In this document: in pieces, positions 50,916-59,579 of the stretch | How the letters are laid out: every line of letters begins with the position of its first letter | How positions within the stretch are numbered: the stretch's first letter is position 1 | Assembly (NCBI GenBank): GCA_044345215.1 | Contig: JBIJBO010000002.1 | Location: 272-64,271, forward strand | Source of the DNA: Prosthecobacter sp. | GTDB taxonomy: Bacteria > Verrucomicrobiota > Verrucomicrobiia > Verrucomicrobiales > Verrucomicrobiaceae | Direction: 5' to 3' | DNA: 64,000 bases | Program-made: the position numbers and the translations under genes | The notes under the pieces: model-generated | Told to the model about the DNA's origin: nothing | Seen by the model: only the letters and a program-made list of their open reading frames with translations | Databases searched by the model: none

Positions 50916-53843
50916 ATGATGCTTCGCACCGGTCTCCTTTTGCTGGCCGCCACCACCGCGGTCGCCGCGCCCGATTTTGAGCGCGAGGTGGCGCCCATCC
51001 TGGAGTCGCGCTGCATGGCCTGCCACGACGCGGCCCAGGCCGAGGGGGAGGTCCGCCTCGACACCCGCGAGGCGGTGCTTGAACATCTGGTGCCCGGCCG
51101 ACCCGAGGCCAGCGCCCTCATCGACCAGGTCAGCGGCGCCAGGCCGGCCATGCCCAGGAAAGAAAAACCGCTGACCACCGCCCAAGTCGGGATTCTGCGC
51201 GCCTGGGTGCAGGCGGGCGCGCCCTGGCCGGAGACGCGGGTGCTTGCCGACAAACCCGCGCGTGACCTGAACTGGTGGAGTCTGCGGCAGATTCCAAGCC
51301 CGAAGTCGCCGAATCCCGAGGGCCATCCGGTTGATGCGTTCCTCGAGGCGAAGCTGGCCGGGCGAGGCCTGGCCCCGGGGCCCGAAGCCGATTCCGTGAC
51401 TCTGGTGCGCCGGCTCACCTACGATCTCACCGGCCTGCCACCCGACCCGGCGGATCTGCCGGAGCCTTCGGTGCGGCTCACCGACGCGACCTGGGAGGCA
51501 CTCGTTGACCGTCTGCTCGCCCGTCCGGCCTTTGGCGAGAAGTGGGGGCAGCACTGGCTCGATCTGGTCCGCTATGCCGAGACCCACGGCTATGACAAGG
51601 ACAAGCCCAGGCTGAACGCCTGGCCCTACCGCGATTACGTCATCCGCAGCTTCAACAGCGACAAGCCCTACGACCGCTTTGTTCAGGAACAGATCGCCGG
51701 CGATGCGCTGTTTCCCGGGCAGCCCGACGGTGTGCTCGGCCTCGGATTTCTCGCCGCCGGTCCGTGGGATTTCATCGGCCACACCGAGGTCGGCGAGGGC
51801 AAGGTCGACGGCCGCATCGCCAAGCACCTGGATCGCGATGAAATGGTCTCCGCCGTCTTCAACGTCTTCACCAGCACCACGGTGCAGTGCGCCCAATGCC
51901 ACCACCACAAGTTCGATCCGGTGACGATGCCGGATTACTATCGTCTGCATGCCGTCTTCGCCGCGGTCGACCGTGCCGACCGGGTGTATGCCGGGTTGCC
52001 GCCGGATCAGGAACAACGCCGCAACGCCCTGCTGGCGCGCATCAACACCCTCAAGGCCGAGCAGACGAAGCTGAGCGGCGAAGCCAAGCGCGAGCTCGGC
52101 GCGCGCACCTCCGGCATCGACCGCCGGCTCGCCGAGTTGAAGGCGAAACACGGTTCGCCGCTGCGCCCGCAGTATGGCTGGCACAGCCAGGTGGCGAAGG
52201 CCCAGGACACGGTGAAGTGGGTGCAGATGGATCTCGGCAAAGCCCAGGGCGTGCAGCAGGTGCGGCTCATCCCCGCCTACGACACCTTCAACGGCATCGG
52301 CGCCGGCTTCGGTTTTCCAGTCCGCTACAGGGTCGAGGCCTGCAACGACCCGGAATTCAGACAAGGCGTTCGACTCATCCACGACGCCACCGGCACCGAC
52401 CAGCCCAACCCTCGCCACGGTGAGATCGTGCTGGATGTCGGCGGGGATCCCGTGCGCCATCTGCGTGTCACCGCCACCCGGCTCGCGCCGCGTCAGAATG
52501 ACTTCATCTTCGCCCTCGGTGAACTGCAGGCGATCGGCGGTGAGAACCATGACAACCTCGCCCCGGGGGCCGTGGTCAGTGCCCTCGACAGCATTGAGGC
52601 GGGGCCGCGCTGGGGCCGTGCCAACCTGACGGATGGCATCTGGCATCGCGAGATCGGCGACCCGGTCGCGCTCGCTGAACTGCGCGAGCTGGAGTCCCAA
52701 AAGACGGCGATCGAGCGCGAACTCGCTGATCCAGCGCGCGAAGCCCGACTTGCCGTGCTCGCCAAGGAACTGGCCGCCCTGAATCCCGAATTGGCAGCCT
52801 ATCCCAAGGGGGAGCTCGTCTATGCCGCCGCGACCGATTTTACGGTTCAGGGTCGCTTCCTCGCCACCGGTGGCAAGCCTCGCGAGATCCGCCTCCTGCA
52901 GCGCGGCGACATCCGCGCGCCAGGCGATCTCATGAGGCCCGGGCTGCCGCCGCTCTGGCCGGGGGTTGAGGAGCAGTTCCACCTGCCGCCGCAAGCGACC
53001 GAGTCCGCTGCACGTGCGGAACTGGCGCGGGCCGTGACTTCACCCGAAAACCCGCTGTTCTGGCGCAGCATCGTCAACCGGCTCTGGCTCTGGACGTTTG
53101 GCCAGCCGCTCGTCGGCACCCCGAATGATTTCGGCCGCATGGGCCAGCCGCCCACGCATCCGGAACTGCTGGACTTCCTCGCCGGCCTTTTGCGCGACGA
53201 TTCCCGGCACTCGCTGAAGAGCCTGGTGCGCCTGCTCGTCACCAGCCGCGCCTATCGCCGTTCCTCCGGGCACAACATCGACAACGCCCGGCTCGACGCC
53301 AACAACGAGCTGCTCTGGCGTGCGAACCGCCGCCGTCTCAGCGCCGAGGAATTTCGCGACAGCCTGCTGGCTGCCGCCGGTGTCCTGCACCTGGAACCGC
53401 GCGGCGGGCCGTCCTTCCAGGACTTCGTGATCGAGAAGCCCCAGCATTCGCCGCACTACCAGTACCACCTGTTTGATCCGAACGATGCCGCCGGCCACCG
53501 CCGCAGCGTCTACCGCTTCATCGTGCGCAGCCAGCCGCAACCCTTCCTCACCAGTCTCGACTGTGCCGACCCCTCGCAGAGTGTGCCGCGGCGCGATGAA
53601 TCCACCACCGCCCTGCAGGCGCTGGCGCAGTGGAACAACCGCCTCGTCGAGGCCATGTCGATCCGGTTTGGCGAACGCCTGGCGCGTGCGGCGGATCCCG
53701 TCGAGGCCGCCTGCCAAACCGCCCTCGGCCGGGCCCCAACCGCGGACGAACGCAGCGTGCTCACCAGCCATCTGCAGGTCCACGGATCCGCCGCGCTCGC
53801 CCGTGTGGTCTTCAACCTCAACGCCTTCGTCTACCTCGACTGA
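50916..53843 (+). CDS. PSCyt1 (CxxCH) - DUF1549 - discoidin-like insert - DUF1553 protein
   Basis: Internal ATG (MMLRTGLLLLAATTAVAAPDFEREVAPILESRCMACHD...) of track ORF 50877..53843, 975 aa. DUF1549 strings are VDAFLEAKLA, LVRRLTYDLTGLPP, WGQHWLDLVRYAETHGYDKD and CAQCHHHKFDP. The central module is KWVQMDLG...GFGFPVRYRVE...FIFALGELQAIGG. The DUF1553-type C-terminus has NPLFWRSIVNRLW, RRRLSAEEFRDS and FNLNAFVYLD. Confidence 0.9.
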   Translation: MMLRTGLLLLAATTAVAAPDFEREVAPILESRCMACHDAAQAEGEVRLDTREAVLEHLVPGRPEASALIDQVSGARPAMPRKEKPLTTAQVGILRAWVQAGAPWPETRVLADKPARDLNWWSLRQIPSPKSPNPEGHPVDAFLEAKLAGRGLAPGPEADSVTLVRRLTYDLTGLPPDPADLPEPSVRLTDATWEALVDRLLARPAFGEKWGQHWLDLVRYAETHGYDKDKPRLNAWPYRDYVIRSFNSDKPYDRFVQEQIAGDALFPGQPDGVLGLGFLAAGPWDFIGHTEVGEGKVDGRIAKHLDRDEMVSAVFNVFTSTTVQCAQCHHHKFDPVTMPDYYRLHAVFAAVDRADRVYAGLPPDQEQRRNALLARINTLKAEQTKLSGEAKRELGARTSGIDRRLAELKAKHGSPLRPQYGWHSQVAKAQDTVKWVQMDLGKAQGVQQVRLIPAYDTFNGIGAGFGFPVRYRVEACNDPEFRQGVRLIHDATGTDQPNPRHGEIVLDVGGDPVRHLRVTATRLAPRQNDFIFALGELQAIGGENHDNLAPGAVVSALDSIEAGPRWGRANLTDGIWHREIGDPVALAELRELESQKTAIERELADPAREARLAVLAKELAALNPELAAYPKGELVYAAATDFTVQGRFLATGGKPREIRLLQRGDIRAPGDLMRPGLPPLWPGVEEQFHLPPQATESAARAELARAVTSPENPLFWRSIVNRLWLWTFGQPLVGTPNDFGRMGQPPTHPELLDFLAGLLRDDSRHSLKSLVRLLVTSRAYRRSSGHNIDNARLDANNELLWRANRRRLSAEEFRDSLLAAAGVLHLEPRGGPSFQDFVIEKPQHSPHYQYHLFDPNDAAGHRRSVYRFIVRSQPQPFLTSLDCADPSQSVPRRDESTTALQALAQWNNRLVEAMSIRFGERLARAADPVEAACQTALGRAPTADERSVLTSHLQVHGSAALARVVFNLNAFVYLD

Positions 53844-53847
53844 CGCC

Positions 53848-55278
53848 ATGCAACGTCGCGATTTTCTTGCCTCCTTCGCCGGTCTCGCCCTCGCCGACCT
53901 GCTGCGCCGCGACGGCGCGCTTGCCGCGCCCGGAGTGCTGCGCAACGGCCTGCACCACCCGCCGCGAGCAAAGCGCGTCATTCAGCTCTTCATGGCCGGT
54001 GCGGCCAGCCATGTGGATTTGTGGGATCACAAGCCGTTGCTCAAGCAGAAGGACGGTCAGCCTTGGGATCCGGGCGAGAAGGTGGAGCTCTTCCAGAGCA
54101 CGCCAGGCGCCTGCTTGGCCAGCCCCTGGACCTTTCGACCCCATGGCGAGTCCGGCAAGCACCTGAGCGACATCGTCGCGCCGCTCGGGGCCGTGGTTGA
54201 TGACCTTGCCTTTCTGCACAATGTCGTTGGCAAGACCGGCGTGCACAGTCAGGGCACCCTGCTGCAGACGACCGGTTTCCAACTGCCGGGTTTCCCCAGC
54301 GCCGGCTCCTGGGTCAGCCATGCGCTTGGCAGCGAGAGCGACAACCTGCCGTCCTTCGTGGTCCTGCCCGACCACCGAGGTCTCGCTTCGAACGGCGCCA
54401 AGAACTGGGCCAGCGCGTTTCTGCCGGCCCAACATCAGGGCACGGTCATCCGCCCGGGCAGCGCCCAGCCCATCGCCGACCTGCAGCCGCCGTCCTCGGT
54501 GACGCCGGCGGCCGACCACGCGGGACTTGAGGTTCTCGCCCGGCTCAATGCGGCGCACGCGCAGGACCGCGTCGGCGACGACCGTCTGCAGGCGCGGGTG
54601 CGCAGTTATCAGCTGGCCGCCGCCATGCAGCTCAGCGCCACGGATGCCCTCGACGTCTCGCGCGAGCCGCGTCACATCCGCGAGCTCTACGGCCTTGCAC
54701 CCGAGGGGCCGGGCGTCAATGACACGACGATCAATGTCAGGGCCGAGACCGAGTTCTTCGGCCGCAAATGCCTGGTGGCCCGGCGCCTCCTGGAACGCGG
54801 GGTTCGCTTCGTGCAGATCTGGAGTGGCAATGACAACGGCTTCCCGCGCCGCAACTGGGACAGCCATGAGGACGTCCGGCGTGACCATGAGCCGCTCGCT
54901 CTTGGCATGGCGCGCGGCACCGCGGCGCTGATCCAGGACCTGAGGCAGCGCGGCATGCTCGAGGACACCGTCATCCTCTGGACCACCGAGTTTGGCCGCA
55001 TGCCCTGTTCGCAGGGCAGCAGGGGGCGCGACCACAATCCTTTTGTCTTCACCAACTGGCTCTGCGGCGGCGGTGTCAAGGGCGGTACCTACGGTGAGAG
55101 CGACGTCTGGGGCTTCCGCCCGGCCGATCCCGCCCGCGCCACCAGTGTCTATGACATCCACGCGACCGTGCTGCATCTGCTCGGCATCGACCACGAACGC
55201 CTTACCGTCCGCCACAACAGCATCGACCGCCGCCTCACCGATGTGCACGGGCATGTGTTGAACGATCTGCTGGCCTGA
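53848..55278 (+). CDS. DUF1501 family protein (sulfatase/alkaline-phosphatase fold) with twin-arginine signal
   Basis: Internal ATG (MQRRDFLASFAGLALADLL) of track ORF 53473..55278, 476 aa. It starts 4 nt after the upstream stop. Strings: VIQLFMAGAASHVDLWDHKP, FLHNVVGKTGVHSQG, WDSHED, TEFGRMP and RDHNPFVF. Confidence 0.92.
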   Translation: MQRRDFLASFAGLALADLLRRDGALAAPGVLRNGLHHPPRAKRVIQLFMAGAASHVDLWDHKPLLKQKDGQPWDPGEKVELFQSTPGACLASPWTFRPHGESGKHLSDIVAPLGAVVDDLAFLHNVVGKTGVHSQGTLLQTTGFQLPGFPSAGSWVSHALGSESDNLPSFVVLPDHRGLASNGAKNWASAFLPAQHQGTVIRPGSAQPIADLQPPSSVTPAADHAGLEVLARLNAAHAQDRVGDDRLQARVRSYQLAAAMQLSATDALDVSREPRHIRELYGLAPEGPGVNDTTINVRAETEFFGRKCLVARRLLERGVRFVQIWSGNDNGFPRRNWDSHEDVRRDHEPLALGMARGTAALIQDLRQRGMLEDTVILWTTEFGRMPCSQGSRGRDHNPFVFTNWLCGGGVKGGTYGESDVWGFRPADPARATSVYDIHATVLHLLGIDHERLTVRHNSIDRRLTDVHGHVLNDLLA

Positions 55279-55441
55279 GGGGCGCCCTTGCCCGCCCAGG
55301 GGACGAAATTGGAGACGTCCTCCGCACGCACTCTGGCCCGTCATCCCCCTGAGCGGCCCTGCCCCGGATGAACCGCGGCCGTTCCAGACCTTCATGGAAA
55401 AACAGGGGTGGAATCGGCCGCAGGCATCGTTAGCTTGAGGC

Positions 55442-56083
55442 GTGCCCTCCAAGCCCCTGTCCATTCTCCTGGCCGATGATCACGCCGTGGTCCGCAATGG
55501 CTTTCGCCACATCCTGGCGGCGCAGTGGGACATGGAGGTGATTGGCGAAGCTTCGAACGGTCGTGAGGCAGTCGAGATGGCGGAGCAACTCAAGCCGGAT
55601 GTTGTGGTGATGGATGTGACCATGCCCGAGCTGAACGGCATCGAGGCCTCGCGCCGGATTGCCAAAACCTGTCCGCGCACCCGCATCCTGGCGCTGTCGA
55701 TGCACAAGGACGCGGTTTACGTGCGCGAAATCCTGCGCGCCGGCGCCCACGGCTACCTGCTCAAGGATTCCAGCCAGAGCGACTTTCTTTCGGCGGTTCG
55801 CGCGGTCGCTGTCGGCAAGGGCTGGCTCAGTCCCGAGATCTCCGACGCCGTGCTCGAGGATTACCGCAAGCACGTGACGAATCCGGTCGACCTGCTGTCC
55901 ACGCGCGAGCGCGAGGTGCTGCAGATGATTGCTGAAAGCAAGACTAACAAGGAGATCGCCACGGCGCTGCACCTCAGCGTTTACACGGTTGAGGCCCATC
56001 GCGCTCGCATCATGGAAAAACTCAACCTGCATTCGATCGGCGAGCTGGTACGATTCGCCATGCGCAACGGCCTCATTGACTGA
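55442..56083 (+). CDS. Response regulator, NarL/FixJ (LuxR HTH) family
   Basis: 213 aa, GTG start. REC strings are ILLADDHAVVRNG, DVVVMDVTMPELNG and GAHGYLLKD. The HTH is LSTREREVLQMIAESKTNKEIATALHLSVYTVEAHRARIMEKL. Confidence 0.93.
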   Translation: MPSKPLSILLADDHAVVRNGFRHILAAQWDMEVIGEASNGREAVEMAEQLKPDVVVMDVTMPELNGIEASRRIAKTCPRTRILALSMHKDAVYVREILRAGAHGYLLKDSSQSDFLSAVRAVAVGKGWLSPEISDAVLEDYRKHVTNPVDLLSTREREVLQMIAESKTNKEIATALHLSVYTVEAHRARIMEKLNLHSIGELVRFAMRNGLID

Positions 56084-56093
56084 GGATCATCCG

Positions 56094-57419
56094 ATGGCGG
56101 ACGAATGGTTCATCCTTGGCAGGCGTGTCGACGAGCGAACGGTGCTCACCGGCCTCGTGGCCGGCTTTGGTGCGGTCATGCTGCTGCTGGGGGCTGCCGG
56201 TTGGCTGGCTGTCAGCGAGGGACGCTCGATCCGCCTCAATGCCGAGCAGCTCATGCGCGAGCAGGTGCTCGTCACCCGCCTGCTGCACGAGGCCCAGGTG
56301 GAGGAGGATGCTCTCGCGCTGGCCCTGCACCGCCTGACCCGTTCGGTCGATCCGGCGGAGCGTGCGGCACAGCTGCAGGAACTTGAACAGGCTGACCGGG
56401 CCATTGCCCGGCTCGCCGACCATGCCCGCATGACGGCACAGGCGGCACCCTGGCATCGCCTGGCCGCCGCAACCCGCGGCTTTTCCGAGCAGGTCCGCCA
56501 GGCATTCGCGGTCGAGGGTGGGATCTCACGCGAGCGCATGGAGGACCTGTTTTCCTCGCACGACGAAGTGGTGCGATTGATCCACGGGCTCATTCTCGAA
56601 AGCACGGACCACCTCGAACGGCTGGATCTGCGCCTCGCCGGCCACCTGCGCGCCCTCGCCGGCAAATCGGCTTTGCTGCTCGGTTCAGCGCTCGTTTTGT
56701 CCGGTGCCTGCGCGGCCGGCACGATCGCCTACGTGCGTGCCAGCATCCGCCGGATCGAGGGGCAAACCGATGAACTCAACCGTGTCTCCTGGCACATGCT
56801 GCAGAGCCAGGAGGAGGCGGCGCGGCGCTTCAGCCATGAACTCCACGACGAACTCGGTCAGTCGCTGGCCGCAGTGCGCGCCAACTTGGTGGCGCGCACC
56901 TGCACCGGCGATGCCGATCGACGGGCCGACTGCCTGCAACTGGTCGATGCCGCCATCGCCAACGTCCGTGAGTTGTCGCAGTTGCTGCGACCGGTGATCC
57001 TGGACGACTTTGGTCTCGACGCCGGTTTGCGGTGGCTGACCGATGGCTTCGCGCAGCGCACGCGCCTGCAGGTGGATTACGAGTCCGATCTCGACACGCG
57101 TCTGCACAGCGACCTCGAGACGCACCTGTTCCGCATCGGCCAGGAGGCGCTGACCAACGTCGCCCGTCATGCCGGTGCCTCGCGAGTCAGCCTGCGGCTG
57201 CATGCCGGGGAGGGGCGCGTGCGTCTGGAGATCGAGGACGACGGCCGCGGTCTGCCGGCGGATCAGGCGAGCGCCCGTCCCGGGCTGGGGCTGACTGGCA
57301 TGCGCGCCCGAGCCCGGCAGTGTGGTGGCACGCTGGAAATCCAGCCGGTTGTGCCCCACGGGCTCGCTCTGCGGGTGGAGGTGCCTCTGCGCGGCGCCGA
57401 GCCGGAGGAGCGGGAGTGA
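56094..57419 (+). CDS. Sensor histidine kinase (HisKA_3/HATPase) with helical periplasmic sensor
   Basis: Internal ATG (MADEWFILGRRVDERTVLTGLVAGFGAVMLLLGAAGWLA) of track ORF 55929..57419, 441 aa. It has two TM helices around an all-helical loop of about 190 aa, the H-box FSHELHDELGQSLAAV, the N-box QEALTNVARHA and the G-box EDDGRGL. It starts 10 nt after the regulator gene. Confidence 0.88.
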   Translation: MADEWFILGRRVDERTVLTGLVAGFGAVMLLLGAAGWLAVSEGRSIRLNAEQLMREQVLVTRLLHEAQVEEDALALALHRLTRSVDPAERAAQLQELEQADRAIARLADHARMTAQAAPWHRLAAATRGFSEQVRQAFAVEGGISRERMEDLFSSHDEVVRLIHGLILESTDHLERLDLRLAGHLRALAGKSALLLGSALVLSGACAAGTIAYVRASIRRIEGQTDELNRVSWHMLQSQEEAARRFSHELHDELGQSLAAVRANLVARTCTGDADRRADCLQLVDAAIANVRELSQLLRPVILDDFGLDAGLRWLTDGFAQRTRLQVDYESDLDTRLHSDLETHLFRIGQEALTNVARHAGASRVSLRLHAGEGRVRLEIEDDGRGLPADQASARPGLGLTGMRARARQCGGTLEIQPVVPHGLALRVEVPLRGAEPEERE

Positions 57420-57489
57420 CGAATGACCAAGGACCAAGGCGCCTTGGTGGAGTGGATGGAGTGATCGCGTGACTCACGCATGGGTTTGA

Positions 57490-58476
57490 ATGGAGTTTCC
57501 CAGACCAGCCCGGGAGGTGGGCGGATTCTTCAGGGCTCGCGCCCTCGCACTTGCAATTGGATCGGTCCCGCCGATTCAATCCGGCTTGAGCACTTCTGCG
57601 CCGGCTGCGGTTCCCGCCTTCGATTTTCGTCGGGGCGCAGGCTGGATGCTGCTGTCGCTGACGGGATTCACCGGCATGGCCCTGCTGGTGCGTCACCTTG
57701 GTGCCGAGCGTGGCATCAGCGCCTGGTGGGCGCTGTTTTTTCGCGCCAGCGTCGGCATGGCGGTTGTTTGGCTGGTCTTTGCACCCGGTGGCCGGGTGAG
57801 TTTTCGACGGGCCCTGTGCGGGCGGCTGCTGGTTACACGCGGCGTCATCGGGGCGCTGGGCACGGCGGCCTATTACATCACGCTGCCCTTGCTGGGCGCC
57901 GGCAAAGCCACCCTGATTGGCAACACTTGGGCGGTTTGGGCGGCACTGCTGGCCGCCTTCCTGCTGCGCGAGCCGCTAGGCTTGCGCAGGCTCGCCGGCA
58001 TCCTGCTCGCGGTTGCCGGTGTCGCCCTGCTCACCGGCCTGCACGGCGGCGACTTCAGTCGTGTCGGCACCGCCGAGGCCATTGCCCTGGCCGGAGCCTT
58101 CGCCGCGGCGCTGGTGGTGGTCGTCATCCGCCAGCTCACCCTCACCGAGACCAGTGGCACGATCTTTGCCTCGCAGTGCCTCTATGCCGGGCTGCTGGCG
58201 CTGCCCTTTTTGTTCAGTCTCCCGGTGCCGGGTGCGCTGGACGTGGCCCTGCTCACCGCCGCCGCCCTGCTGGCGGCGCTGGGCCAGTTGGCGATGACCG
58301 AGGGTTTTCGTTACCTGCCGGTGAGCACCGGTGGCGCCTTTCAGATGCTGCTGCCGCTCGTGCTGACGCTTGCCGGCGTGCTGTTTTTTGCCGAGCCCTT
58401 CTCGCTGGTGCAGGGAGCGGGCGGCGTCTGCATTTTGGCCGGCTGCCACCTGACCGTCACGCAGCGCCGCAGATGA
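57490..58476 (+). CDS. EamA/DMT-superfamily transporter
   Basis: 328-aa track ORF. About 10 TM helices form two EamA-like halves (LLREPLGLRRLAGILLAVAGVALL and FAEPFSLVQGAGGVCILAGC). ATG 57646 (MLLSLTGFTG...) is a plausible shorter start. Confidence 0.78.
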   Translation: MEFPRPAREVGGFFRARALALAIGSVPPIQSGLSTSAPAAVPAFDFRRGAGWMLLSLTGFTGMALLVRHLGAERGISAWWALFFRASVGMAVVWLVFAPGGRVSFRRALCGRLLVTRGVIGALGTAAYYITLPLLGAGKATLIGNTWAVWAALLAAFLLREPLGLRRLAGILLAVAGVALLTGLHGGDFSRVGTAEAIALAGAFAAALVVVVIRQLTLTETSGTIFASQCLYAGLLALPFLFSLPVPGALDVALLTAAALLAALGQLAMTEGFRYLPVSTGGAFQMLLPLVLTLAGVLFFAEPFSLVQGAGGVCILAGCHLTVTQRRR

Positions 58477-58482
58477 AGCGGA

Positions 58483-59427
58483 TCACTTCTTTTTCCTGGT
58501 CTTTTCGGGCAGGCCCTGGCCGGGCTTGAGATCCAGGTTCGCCTGCAGGTCGGCCGCGCTGACCGTCGACGCCACCCCCTCGGCCGGCACCTCGGCCTTG
58601 GCAGTCCAGAGGATGGCATTGAGCACCAGCTTGCGCTGGCTCTCCTGGAACCAGCCCTGGTGGAAGTGGCCACCCGTGAAGCCAAAGCCGCGGCCGCCGC
58701 CGGCGTTCTCGGAGGCCCAGGCAACATGCTGTGTGTCGCCACGCGCGACCGAGGCGCGCACCGCCGGATTGCCACTGTGATGGCCGTCCGGTCGGCTCAT
58801 GGTCGATTCCGGAGCGACATCGCTGAGGATGGGGGTAACTCCCTTCATGCCCTCGCGGAAGCGCATGTGGAAGTACCACTCGTCGAGCGAGCCGAAGGGC
58901 TTGACGCCATTGGCGACCGGATGCGCCGGCAGGGTTTTAAACTCGGCCTGCCAGTGCGGGTTGACGCTCCAATCGACCTCGAAGCAGCCGCCCATCCAGT
59001 CGAGGAACTCCTTCTGGCCTTTCTCTCGGGTCGGCTCCACCGCGTAGTGGATCGTCACGAAGCCGCAGCCGCGCCGCATTTCCTTGTCGAGCTGGGCCAG
59101 GCGGTCTTCCTGCAGTGCCGGATGGCGCGGGCCGCCGTCGGCATAGATGACCACCGTGTCGGCCTGGGCCAGGGTCTCGGCGGATGGCCATTCGCCATTC
59201 AGGTGGTGTTGGATGTCGACGCGGTCACCCGCACCCTGCTCCAGGCATTTTTTGAAGAGCAGGATCCCGGCATTGTGCTCGTGCTGGCCGGGGCCGTGCG
59301 AGGGGCTGCCGGCAATCAGCACCACACGCTTTTTGTCGCCGGATACCACACCGGCCGTTTCCGGCGAGCCTTGGGACTGCAGCAGGACGAGGCCGAGAAT
59401 GGCCAGGGCGGGAAGGAGGTATTTCAT
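58483..59427 (-). CDS. Secreted ThuA-like (trehalose-utilisation domain, class I glutamine amidotransferase-like fold) protein
   Basis: 314 aa, signal peptide MKYLLPALAILGLVLLQS. Strings: VVLIAGSPSHGPGQHEH, DTVVIYADGG, GFVTIHYA, DEWYFHMRF, and GGRGFGFTGGHFH with NAILWTA. Confidence 0.78.
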   Translation of the reverse strand: MKYLLPALAILGLVLLQSQGSPETAGVVSGDKKRVVLIAGSPSHGPGQHEHNAGILLFKKCLEQGAGDRVDIQHHLNGEWPSAETLAQADTVVIYADGGPRHPALQEDRLAQLDKEMRRGCGFVTIHYAVEPTREKGQKEFLDWMGGCFEVDWSVNPHWQAEFKTLPAHPVANGVKPFGSLDEWYFHMRFREGMKGVTPILSDVAPESTMSRPDGHHSGNPAVRASVARGDTQHVAWASENAGGGRGFGFTGGHFHQGWFQESQRKLVLNAILWTAKAEVPAEGVASTVSAADLQANLDLKPGQGLPEKTRKKK

Positions 59428-59579
59428 GCGTGGTCAATGGGAACGCCGCCGGCTGGCTTGGCTTTTCAAGCGCATGATGTGCGGCATCGGCATTTTGGAA
59501 CTGGGCGGCGCTGCGGATTTTTTCCAAGCCAGCCTACACATCTTTTTGATTCCCGGCCGCCTGCGTGCATTGGTGCGCC

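Noticed and set aside
50187-52994. 935-aa ORF antisense to the response regulator and the DUF1549/1553 gene, and 548-aa ORF 53818..55464 antisense to DUF1501
   Set aside because: The sense-strand products carry dense family motifs. The antisense products are low-complexity.
57425-57480. Small palindromes ACCAAGGCGCCTTGGT and GCGTGACTCACGC after the second kinase gene
   Set aside because: The stems are short with zero- or one-nucleotide loops and have no U-tract. This is not enough to call a terminator or binding site.
59451-59534. 11-bp perfect inverted repeat GGCTGGCTTGG ... CCAAGCCAGCC, separated by about 62 nt, in the ThuA/HAD divergent spacer
   Set aside because: It is a single isolated repeat. 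The stem cannot be extended, I cannot check conservation, and no recognisable RNA-family features are present. It could simply be an operator or chance.
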